A model generated the notes under the pieces. The model was not told the DNA's origin. It worked only from the letters and a program-made list of their open reading frames with translations, and made no database searches. From the NCBI GenBank assembly GCA_048881705.1, contig JBHLSH010000010.1:1-64000 (forward strand): a stretch of DNA of 64,000 nucleotides, read 5' to 3'. This stretch comes from Candidatus Heimdallarchaeota archaeon (GTDB lineage Archaea; Asgardarchaeota; Heimdallarchaeia; Hodarchaeales; Hodarchaeaceae). Shown here piece by piece: positions 1 through 8,490 of this stretch; position 1 is the first letter of the stretch, and every line of letters starts with the position of its first letter. The position numbers and the translations under genes were made by a program.

Positions 1-80
1 TTTCCGACACCGAAGAATCACAGTTATCTGTGAATTTTAATCTGGATATAAGATGAGAATTGAAGGGATTTTGAGTACAA

Positions 81-1636
81 ATGGATCAGGAAAGACTAGA
101 GCACCTTTATGTGACTGGTGAATATCCAACACTGCTTGATGAATTACATAATCTAGGTTACAACAAGCCATCCACGAATTTAACAGAATTTGAAGTTGCG
201 ATCTGTTTTTCTTATCATATTAGGACTTTGATACGAATTGGTAAAACTAACGAGGCTGAACGCCTCCATACGGAAATCCCAAAGATTCAATTAGATGATT
301 CTTTCTCTATAACAGATTTAGTCCACTTAACGACTCTTCTAAACTTAAAAATTGAAAGGGGGAAGATATCTGATGCAATAAGAAAAGGGTTGAGAGCAAC
401 AAGATTACTTGAGATAGTGGAAGCCAATTTTTCAAGGCAGTCCGAAAATCTGTCAATTTGGGGTGGCTTTCTTTATTATCTGATCGGAATGGCATATCAA
501 CACCAAGGGGACTGGAGGCTCGCAGATGGGTATTTCCAAAAAACCCTCGATTTAAACCAAATTAGTCCTTACATAAGGGCCAAATCCCTCTATTATATGG
601 CATTTCTGGTACAAGCAAGAGAGGAATTTACGGAGCGCGGAAGACTTCTTGAAGAAAGTTTGGATATTTTCAAAACGATCGGAGCCAAACAAGGAATGGC
701 CTGGATATACGCTAGACAAGGTCAGGCCCTAATAGTGGATGGAGACATTCCTGCTGCAAATAATAAGTATAATAAAGCATTGAAATTGTTTAAGTCAATT
801 GGTGATGTTTCAGGAGTAAATGCGGTTAACATATTTATGAGCACGATGTTTTAACAGCAAGGAAAACCGAAACAAGCGGAAGAGCTTTTAGTAATGGCTC
901 TTGAATCAAGCATTAAAATGGGAGTGCCAATGTCCACTGGTCTTATCTTAGGCGATTGATTTCGCAATATGTTGAAACGAAAAATCGAGATAAGGCACAA
1001 AACAGACTTAAACAATTTGAAGAGCTCACAAAAGGTTCAGATCTTAAAATAGGGAAAATTTTTTTCTCTTTAACAGAAGCACTTTTTCTAAAGACTAGCT
1101 CAAGGATAATAGATAGAGCTAAGGCTCAGGAAAAGTACCTTGACTTACTTCTTCTAATCAATGAATATTTTCCTAAATCTGGACGTCAATTACCGCTTTT
1201 TATCCAAAATTTTTCATTTCAGGTAATCTTCCATCTTGTTGAGCTCTATTTAGACGAGTTCAAGATTACGCGGGACGAAATGATAATTAAAAGAGCTCGA
1301 CAACTAATCGAGAAGCAATATGATGAACTCAAGACAGACGGGTCATACTTTAGGAACGTGGAGCTTTCAATCCTAAGAGCTAAGCTATTGGCCATCGACG
1401 GGGAGATTGATGAAGCTTTATTAACCCTTCAGGAGGCAAAAAACGATGCAAAGAATCGCGGATTTTCCCTTCAGGAGAAACGGATAGACTCTGAAATTGG
1501 AAAGATCAAAGGGGAGTTTGAAAAGTGGGATACGGTAATTCAAAGCTCCTCATTAAAAGATCGTATTGATAAATTGCGCGTTGAGGAATATCTCAAAGAA
1601 ACACGGGAGTTGATTCAGCAACACGAGAGCTGGTAG
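81..1636 (+). pseudogene. Interrupted TPR-repeat protein: in-frame TAA at 852-854 plus a frameshift near 955; ORFs 81..854 and 956..1636 are two halves of one gene
   Basis: After TAA the same frame reads QQGKPKQAEELLVMALESSIKMGVPMSTGLILGD, which continues the TPR pattern. At GGC GAT TGA TT the coding frame shifts to TTG ATT TCG CAA (LISQYVETK...). The C-terminal half resembles the helical region of the 39155..41749 protein. Confidence 0.75.
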
Positions 1637-1723
1637 TAAACCAAAAAGAATTAGGGTTTTAGAGTCAAATTCCTTCCATAGGAATTCTCAGATATTATCC
1701 TACTATTTATTTACAGTTAACAT

Positions 1724-3196
1724 CTAATTGGTATCTGATACCCTAATTTTTTGCTTTAGTGACAATTCTTCTTCTATTCTACTTAAAATGGACCGCGCGG
1801 CGACCAATCCAGACACGCTAGCTTGTGCCAATGAACGGGTAACCCCAGCACCGTCTCCAATAGTATACAAACCACTTATTTCCGTTTCAAGCTCATCCGT
1901 AAGTCGGATCTGAGTACTGTAATATTTGGTCTCGACACCGTAGAGAAGTGTATTGCTGGAATTCACTCCGGGTATTATATGATCTAAAGCTTTCAACATT
2001 TCCAAAATAGATTGCAGGTGCCGATAGGGCAGCACAAATGAGAGATCCCCAGGAATTGCTTCCTTCAAAGTAGGTTCAATCGTGGAACGTTTAATTCGCT
2101 CATAATTGGATCTACGGCCTTTTTTCAGATCCTCGAGGCGTTGTATTATAACTGTCCCAGGTTGATCTGGACTGGCACCAGTCAGGAGATTCGCAAGCTT
2201 ACTAATCGATCGTCCATACGCAAGTGGATCGTCAAAAGGTTCAGTAAACCGGCTACTGACAAGAAGGGCAAAATTTGTGTTTGGAGTTGATTTTGCGGGA
2301 TCAGAATAGGAATGTCCATTGCAGGTGATCCATGTATCGTTCGTATCTGGATCTTTCACAAATTCCTTAACCACTTCTCCGTTAGGACATACGCAAAACG
2401 TTCTACATCTCTGTTCAAATGTGGGTGCATAGTAAAGACATTTAAATTCATACAGAAGGTCGGTCAGGGGGGCTGTTATTTCGGCCGGGACTTCAACGCG
2501 CACCCCAATATCAACGGGATTATTCTGAATCGACAGACCCAATCGAATCGATTCCCTGCGCAGCCAAGCTGCTCCAGATCGTCCTGTCGCAACAATCACA
2601 AAATCTCCATGATAACTCCCTTTATCAGTCCGCACTCCTCTGATATGTCCGTCATCAACCAGTAATTCCCTGGCTGTTTCTCTGAAGCGTACTTCTACCA
2701 ACCCAGAGTTATCCAAATGATCATACATTGAATGAACAATCTTCTCGATCTGATCCGTTCCAATATGTAAGAGTCTATATGGGATCAACGACATTCCGAA
2801 TTGTAGAGCTTTCTTTCTAATTGTTTCGATCGCATCGCCGCGTCCAGTTACTAGACGGTCCCGTGATGCCCCAAACTTAACATATGTTTCCTCAACGACC
2901 TGGAGATACTGTTCCAAGCTGGTTAATGAGATAATCGCTGATAAATAACCACCAATTTGAGGCGAAAGAGTGAGTTTTCCGTCAGAGAAAGAACCAGCGC
3001 CACCCCAACCCTGCATGACTTCTCTTTTACGATTATGTATCCTTTCAGCAATTCTAGGGCCACTGTCTAGCATAAGAATTTTGTGTGGTTTGCTCAGAGT
3101 CTTAACAAGTTGTAGGGCCGAGAATATGCCTGCGGGGCCACAACCAACAATAATGACAGAGTAATTAGAGTTTTGTTCCATACTTGTATTTTCCAT
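1724..3196 (-). CDS. FAD-dependent oxidoreductase/dehydrogenase (COG2509-like)
   Basis: N-terminal Rossmann motif IIVGCGPAGIFSA; GWGGAGSFSDGKL; RTFCVCPNGEV; C-terminal GLYTIGDGAGVTR. Confidence 0.8.
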   Translation of the reverse strand: MENTSMEQNSNYSVIIVGCGPAGIFSALQLVKTLSKPHKILMLDSGPRIAERIHNRKREVMQGWGGAGSFSDGKLTLSPQIGGYLSAIISLTSLEQYLQVVEETYVKFGASRDRLVTGRGDAIETIRKKALQFGMSLIPYRLLHIGTDQIEKIVHSMYDHLDNSGLVEVRFRETARELLVDDGHIRGVRTDKGSYHGDFVIVATGRSGAAWLRRESIRLGLSIQNNPVDIGVRVEVPAEITAPLTDLLYEFKCLYYAPTFEQRCRTFCVCPNGEVVKEFVKDPDTNDTWITCNGHSYSDPAKSTPNTNFALLVSSRFTEPFDDPLAYGRSISKLANLLTGASPDQPGTVIIQRLEDLKKGRRSNYERIKRSTIEPTLKEAIPGDLSFVLPYRHLQSILEMLKALDHIIPGVNSSNTLLYGVETKYYSTQIRLTDELETEISGLYTIGDGAGVTRSLAQASVSGLVAARSILSRIEEELSLKQKIRVSDTN

Positions 3197-3212
3197 TGCG
3201 AGATCTCAGATA

Positions 3213-4112
3213 CTAGCTGTCTGTTGAGGGGACGATTTCGGAGAGTGTGGTAAATTCCGTTTTTCCCCATTCTTCAAGGGATTTTAGTATCAAAAATAAA
3301 TTCTTCCTATTAGTCTTGAACTCCTCCTCCGTAAAATAAGTCTTGTTTTTGACTGAAAATGCTAAATGCCAAGGGTGGAGGTTTAAAGTTAGAACACGGG
3401 GAAGTTTAGTAGGCTTTTTGATTGATATAGATCTTCTAATGATAGTTTTAAGTATTTCAATTATTTCGTCGGCAGATCTGATTCTTTCAAATAATGACCA
3501 AAAATAGGAAACGAAGGGCGAGTCCTTTGTTGGGTATCGCACGATAGGAACTTCAAATATGGTTCCATGAGGAACAGGTAACCTATAGATCTGGGGAACA
3601 GAATCTGTTGTTATTATCTGGGAGGAATCATACCGAAAGCCCTGATTTACGAGAATGTCGTGTGTATGAGGACTGAGACGTAGGTATGGAGCCCGAAAGC
3701 CTATGGGCCGGCGTCCAAACAGGTTAAGGACAAGCTTAATTGCAGCCGATATTAATCCGGCTTCTTGGTTCTTCGAGAAAAAGACACCAGTTTCTTCTCC
3801 AGAAAGGTCCTCGTGGTGAAGACCATGAATCCCTAAATCATTCGGCCACCGCCTAATAAAATCGGATAACTGAGGTACAGCCACGGCAAGTTCATTGATT
3901 ATGCTGGCCTCAAAAAAAAGATTTGCAGGCCAGGAATTGTCTTGGAACAACTCGATCAGTTCTTTTAGAGCCTGAATTGTACCTTTGAGGAGATGCTTCG
4001 CGGGATTGGCCCAAATGTTCGATGTACTGCTGTGAAAAGGAAGGGACACTCCATGAGATACCCCTTTTTTTGGAAATGGAGCATCTCTGTCAACATCCAA
4101 ACAGATGGCCAA
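3213..4112 (-). CDS. Polysaccharide deacetylase (CE4/NodB-like) family protein
   Basis: CLDVD, GIHGLHHE metal-binding motif, GFRAPYL, YDSS motifs. Confidence 0.75.
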   Translation of the reverse strand: MAICLDVDRDAPFPKKGVSHGVSLPFHSSTSNIWANPAKHLLKGTIQALKELIELFQDNSWPANLFFEASIINELAVAVPQLSDFIRRWPNDLGIHGLHHEDLSGEETGVFFSKNQEAGLISAAIKLVLNLFGRRPIGFRAPYLRLSPHTHDILVNQGFRYDSSQIITTDSVPQIYRLPVPHGTIFEVPIVRYPTKDSPFVSYFWSLFERIRSADEIIEILKTIIRRSISIKKPTKLPRVLTLNLHPWHLAFSVKNKTYFTEEEFKTNRKNLFLILKSLEEWGKTEFTTLSEIVPSTDS

Positions 4113-4146
4113 ATAAACCTTTTCGATCTTGTCTCCCTCCTTTGGT

Positions 4147-5676
4147 TTATTCGTATTCTATAGTAGCAGGTGGTTTGTTTGTTAGATCGAAAAATACGCG
4201 ATTTACGCCTTCTACCTCGTTTGCTATCCTTGAAGCGATCTTTTTGAGGGTACTAACGGAAACGTCTGCTACATTAGCGGTCATACCATCAGTACTTTCT
4301 ACTGCTCTGATTACGACCGGATATTGGTAAGATCTTGCATCCCCCATAACACCAACAGTCTCTATGCTGAGAAGCGCCGTAAATGACTGCCATAAACTGG
4401 AATATAGCCCAGCTTTTTTTAATTCCTCCACTAGGATCTGATCGCTTTCCCTTACAATTTGCAGTCGATCTTTTGTAATTTCGCCCACCACTCTCACTGC
4501 CAGTCCAGGTCCAGGAAAAGGATGACGGCGTATCAAGCCATCTGGAATCTTTAGTAATTTTCCTATACGTCTAACTTCATCCTTATAGAGGTCTTTTAGC
4601 GGTTCCAACAAATCGAGGGCCATTTTCTCTGGAAGCCCGCCTACATTGTGATGCGTTTTTATCACTGAAGCCTGAGAGGAGGGTTGAGCACTTTCAATTC
4701 GATCAGGATAGATAGTTCCTTGCCCCAGAAAATCAAAATTCCCAAGTGATTTGGCCTTTTCCTCGAATACTTCTATGAATGTCTTTCCAATGATTCTTCT
4801 TTTTTCTTCAGGGTCACGAATGTCCGTTAACCGAGAGAGAAAGATGTTTGACACATCGTACGCGTGAAAATTGTATTCTGATTGGTCAAAGAAAGTACGC
4901 ACTTCCTCAAATTCATTCATACGGAGGAGGCCATTGTCCAAAAAGACACAATACAACTTCTGGCCAATTGCTTTCCTAATCAACTCAGCAGCAACGGTGG
5001 AATCCACCCCTCCACTTACCCCCATTAGTACTTTTGAATCTCCGACAACCTGTCTAATTTCCTGAACCTTTTCATTGATGAAGTCTTCCAAATTCCAGTC
5101 TCGGTCACAACCTGTTAATGTGAGAAAATTATCTAGGATTCGCATTCCATTCGGTGTGTGAGCAACTTCAGGATGAAACTGAAGAGTATAAATGGAACGA
5201 GATGGATTTTCCATGCTGGAAATATAGTTATTCTCTGATATAGAAGTGGTTTGAAAACCAGGGGGCGATGTATCGACGAAATCAGAATGACTCATCCAAA
5301 CGATCTCTTGAGTTTCTTCACCAGCGTGCCTTTTCAGTAGCTTCGAATCTATTGGTTGCTTTGAAATCAAAGTCTCTCCATATTCTCCTTTTCCTTTGGA
5401 AACTTTACCTCCCAATTCCTGCGCAATTAACTGATGTCCGTAGCAAATTCCAAGAGTGGGGATATTTAACTCAAATATTTCTGGATTAATTTGTGGAGCA
5501 CTAGATATATATACAGAACTCGGACCCCCAGATAATATAATACCACATGGGTTTAATTCTTGAATTTCCTTTGGACTAATGGAAGGGGGAACCAGCTCAG
5601 AATATACATGTAATTCTCTAATTCTACGGCTGATTAGATGAGCAACCTGACTTCCAAAATCCACAACAATGATCAC
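4147..5676 (-). CDS. guaA: GMP synthase (glutamine-hydrolysing), single-chain GATase plus ATP pyrophosphatase
   Basis: VDFGSQ, LGICYGHQL, QFHPEV, SGGVDS, KTHHNVGG, RHPFPGPGLAVR, KPPATIEYE. Confidence 0.97.
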   Translation of the reverse strand: MIIVVDFGSQVAHLISRRIRELHVYSELVPPSISPKEIQELNPCGIILSGGPSSVYISSAPQINPEIFELNIPTLGICYGHQLIAQELGGKVSKGKGEYGETLISKQPIDSKLLKRHAGEETQEIVWMSHSDFVDTSPPGFQTTSISENNYISSMENPSRSIYTLQFHPEVAHTPNGMRILDNFLTLTGCDRDWNLEDFINEKVQEIRQVVGDSKVLMGVSGGVDSTVAAELIRKAIGQKLYCVFLDNGLLRMNEFEEVRTFFDQSEYNFHAYDVSNIFLSRLTDIRDPEEKRRIIGKTFIEVFEEKAKSLGNFDFLGQGTIYPDRIESAQPSSQASVIKTHHNVGGLPEKMALDLLEPLKDLYKDEVRRIGKLLKIPDGLIRRHPFPGPGLAVRVVGEITKDRLQIVRESDQILVEELKKAGLYSSLWQSFTALLSIETVGVMGDARSYQYPVVIRAVESTDGMTANVADVSVSTLKKIASRIANEVEGVNRVFFDLTNKPPATIEYE

Positions 5677-6695
5677 GAAACTACCTCCTCCAATATCCCA
5701 TTCTCACGGGCTTCTTTTATTTCCCTGGAAATACGTCGGCCGGTACTCATGGGCTCTGCAAAATAATAGCATGAATATTGACTTCCATTCGGATACAGAT
5801 TTGTACCTGCAACGATTCGGGCACTAATTTCAAATGCAAAGAATTCTAACTCAGGTGTACAAATCGTTTCGATACAGAATGGGCCAGATATTCCAGGAGG
5901 GAATAATTGCTTAGAAGAGGCCACCGCTTTTTCTCCCATTTCCATGATTTCCGGTAACAATGATTCTCGAATCACCACTGGTGCATTACCTGTCACGGTA
6001 TATGTAGGTTCTATCCGTTCTTGAATTCTATGTAAGCCATCAACGTTACTTTCCAAGCGTTGGTCAATTCCGAGAAATTCAACTCGATTTCGTGCGACTG
6101 AATGAAAATAATGAAAGTAGTATCGTACTCCAACAATATACTTCTGAATGACGACGGTACTGGGATCTCGGCCAGCCAGTCCCTCAAATAGTTCAGCTTC
6201 GTTATGTACTAAGAAAAATCCCCTTCCTCCTTTGGCACCTCCCATCTTCACTATACATAAGGTATCAATTTCGTCAGGCTGTTTATAATCTGGAACCTTT
6301 AACCCAGCCGTCCGCATCCACGTATCTACCTTTTTTCGTGAGCTCTCCCATTCTAGGCTAGCTTTATTTCCAAAAACAGGAACCCGAAAGGTATGGAGGA
6401 TCTGGTTCGCGCCGACGTACTCTACAAAGCTTCCATGAGGTATTATTATCACGTTTCGCTGTATTAGTTGATCTTCTACCTCTTTATTCGTAACTTCATC
6501 CCATGAACCTATCTCCAATAATGCATCGGGACCTCCTAAGGAGAAAGCCTCGTAAAGTGTCCGACGTTGAGGAAGAGTTAGTCCGATTGTGCGAAAGCCC
6601 TCCAACCTGGCCCCGTGGAATATCTGAAGCGCCGAATGACTGCACACTGTACCAACAGTAAGATTATCAATGTCATAGTCCTTGAGGAGACTCAT
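5673..6695 (-). CDS. purP: 5-formaminoimidazole-4-carboxamide ribonucleotide (FAICAR) synthetase PurP, ATP-grasp
   Basis: CSHSALQIFHGARLEGF, IPHGSFVEY, GAKGGRGFF, DQRLESN, VIRESLLP, FEISARIVAGTN. Confidence 0.9.
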   Translation of the reverse strand: MSLLKDYDIDNLTVGTVCSHSALQIFHGARLEGFRTIGLTLPQRRTLYEAFSLGGPDALLEIGSWDEVTNKEVEDQLIQRNVIIIPHGSFVEYVGANQILHTFRVPVFGNKASLEWESSRKKVDTWMRTAGLKVPDYKQPDEIDTLCIVKMGGAKGGRGFFLVHNEAELFEGLAGRDPSTVVIQKYIVGVRYYFHYFHSVARNRVEFLGIDQRLESNVDGLHRIQERIEPTYTVTGNAPVVIRESLLPEIMEMGEKAVASSKQLFPPGISGPFCIETICTPELEFFAFEISARIVAGTNLYPNGSQYSCYYFAEPMSTGRRISREIKEARENGILEEVVS

Positions 6696-7759
6696 GTGGT
6701 CACCTCATCGAGCCTTTCAGTGTCTATTGCCTTTCTTAATTCCATCATACAAAGATCCAAAGGAGACAATATATCCCGATTGTATTTCAAGCGGAGCCTT
6801 CTCATTTCTGGACTTGTGGGACCCAGGCAAGGTGAGCCAGGAATGCGTGGGGAAACATCAAAAACGATGAAATCGCTTTCTTTAGTGATTGCACCTTGCA
6901 GGGCAAACAATCCAATTATGCCAGGTGGATGCGTTCGTTGTGTGGTTTCAATAAAGCGCTTGGCAGCTTCATATACTAATGGTTTCTTTGATTCTCGCAT
7001 TGTAACACCTTTGTGTCCGATTTCCTCATTGGTAATAGGGACATTAAGACCTAGCTGATCGTGCGCGGGTAAATTGAGCAGGCCACTCAAATTCGTTTGA
7101 ATTCGATCGTCAAAACCAACGAAATCAAACTTACCAAATTCGTCAGATAAACCGTACGACTGGAAATTAGCGTTAAATCTCGGGCCAATCACGAACTCCT
7201 CTATAATTGAGTCACTAAGAGCTGATTCATCAATGATATCTTGTCTTATCAGGTGTTTGCTTTTCTGGTCGTATTCATCTGGGGTACTTATGTAAAAAAA
7301 CGCTCGTTCAAGAGGATTGTTCTTTTGCTGAACCTTAACGATGGCCAGCCGATCCACATCATCGGGATTTTCAAATTCCAAAGGTCTGCGTATCTCTGCC
7401 TGATCTAGCAATTTGTACTGAATCCGACGGTCTTCAATACCAAGTAGGTCCCGGCTGCCATAGATTGGAATAGGAAAAGCATTCTCAATGCTTTCCAAAT
7501 CTAGATAAACGGAGAATGATCTGTTTGGAAACCAAATTACGTTTTTCTCCTGTAGTTTCCTGATGTTTTCTGGACGGATAAGATGGTTAAATCTTTGAAG
7601 TGTCAAATGGTGGGTGAAAAGAAAAGCGTTATACCGGGTGTAAAATTCCTCTCGGCCCTTCTGGCATACTACAAAAGAGTCAAAACCATTTGAACTTGCA
7701 CTGATACCTACTTCTTCTGCGCTGTGACTACCTAGAACACCTACTGTTCTTGTACTCAG
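6692..7759 (-). CDS. Second PurP-family ATP-grasp protein (PurP-like paralogue); start is probably CTG at 7759, not 7606 as in the ORF track
   Basis: The frame is open 153 nt upstream of 7606 and encodes STRTVGVLGSHSAEEVGISA...VVCQKGREEFY, the PurP N-terminal GSHS motif. Also PNRSFSVY, DDRIQTN, FDVSPRIPG. CTG overlaps the purQ TGA (CTGA). Confidence 0.85.
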   Translation of the reverse strand: MSTRTVGVLGSHSAEEVGISASSNGFDSFVVCQKGREEFYTRYNAFLFTHHLTLQRFNHLIRPENIRKLQEKNVIWFPNRSFSVYLDLESIENAFPIPIYGSRDLLGIEDRRIQYKLLDQAEIRRPLEFENPDDVDRLAIVKVQQKNNPLERAFFYISTPDEYDQKSKHLIRQDIIDESALSDSIIEEFVIGPRFNANFQSYGLSDEFGKFDFVGFDDRIQTNLSGLLNLPAHDQLGLNVPITNEEIGHKGVTMRESKKPLVYEAAKRFIETTQRTHPPGIIGLFALQGAITKESDFIVFDVSPRIPGSPCLGPTSPEMRRLRLKYNRDILSPLDLCMMELRKAIDTERLDEVTT

Positions 7760-8490
7760 TGTTTTTCACCAGCTCTAACGAAATTTCTGTAGAATTGTAG
7801 CCCCTCACCCTCCTTCGCCAAGACCCCTTTTGGGAGGCGAGTCCAAGATGGATGCTGGAAATAATGTACGAATTTCTCTGGATGGGGCATTAATCCAATA
7901 ACATTCCCCTCTTGGTTTATTATTCCAGCAATGTTCCTATAAGATCCATTCGGGTTTTCTTTGTACTCAAAAACAACTCTCTTTTCTACTTCTAACATGT
8001 CTAACGTTTTTTCGGTTGCGATAAACTTCCCTTCACCATGATTGATTGGAACGAATAGATGATCAATGTTCTCAGTAAATCTGTTATCAGCAACACGATT
8101 TAATGTTATCCATCGATCGATAAATAGTCCTGAATCATTGGTTTCTAAGGTCGCATCCACATCTAACAGATCAGATTTAATTAACGCCTGGAAACCATTA
8201 CAGATTCCAAGAATCGGTTTGTTATCTTCAACAAAGGCCAAAATCTCCTTTCGAAGACGATATTGGAGAATAGATGCGAGAACCTTCCCAGCTGCAATAT
8301 GATCACCATAAGCGAATCCACCGGGGATCACTAGCCCTTGAAAATCCTCCAAAGACAGCCTATTTCTTAAGAGTTCATTGATATGGGCCAGAGCTGGGAT
8401 CGATCCAGCCAATTTAAGTGCATAGAGGGTCTCCTGTTCGCAATTAGTACCGTCAACCCGTAAAACTAGTGTACGCATGAATTTCACCAT
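7756..8490 (-). CDS. purQ: FGAM synthase glutaminase subunit PurQ
   Basis: GTNCEQET, PGGFAYGD, LGICNGFQ (catalytic Cys), HGEGK, GLMPHPE. Confidence 0.96.
   Translation of the reverse strand: MVKFMRTLVLRVDGTNCEQETLYALKLAGSIPALAHINELLRNRLSLEDFQGLVIPGGFAYGDHIAAGKVLASILQYRLRKEILAFVEDNKPILGICNGFQALIKSDLLDVDATLETNDSGLFIDRWITLNRVADNRFTENIDHLFVPINHGEGKFIATEKTLDMLEVEKRVVFEYKENPNGSYRNIAGIINQEGNVIGLMPHPEKFVHYFQHPSWTRLPKGVLAKEGEGLQFYRNFVRAGEKH

Noticed and set aside
852-959. Possible recoding (selenocysteine at TGA 957-959 or read-through at TAA 852-854)
   Set aside because: The first stop is TAA, the TGA is created by the frameshift, the protein is a non-redox TPR, and no SECIS-like element was seen.
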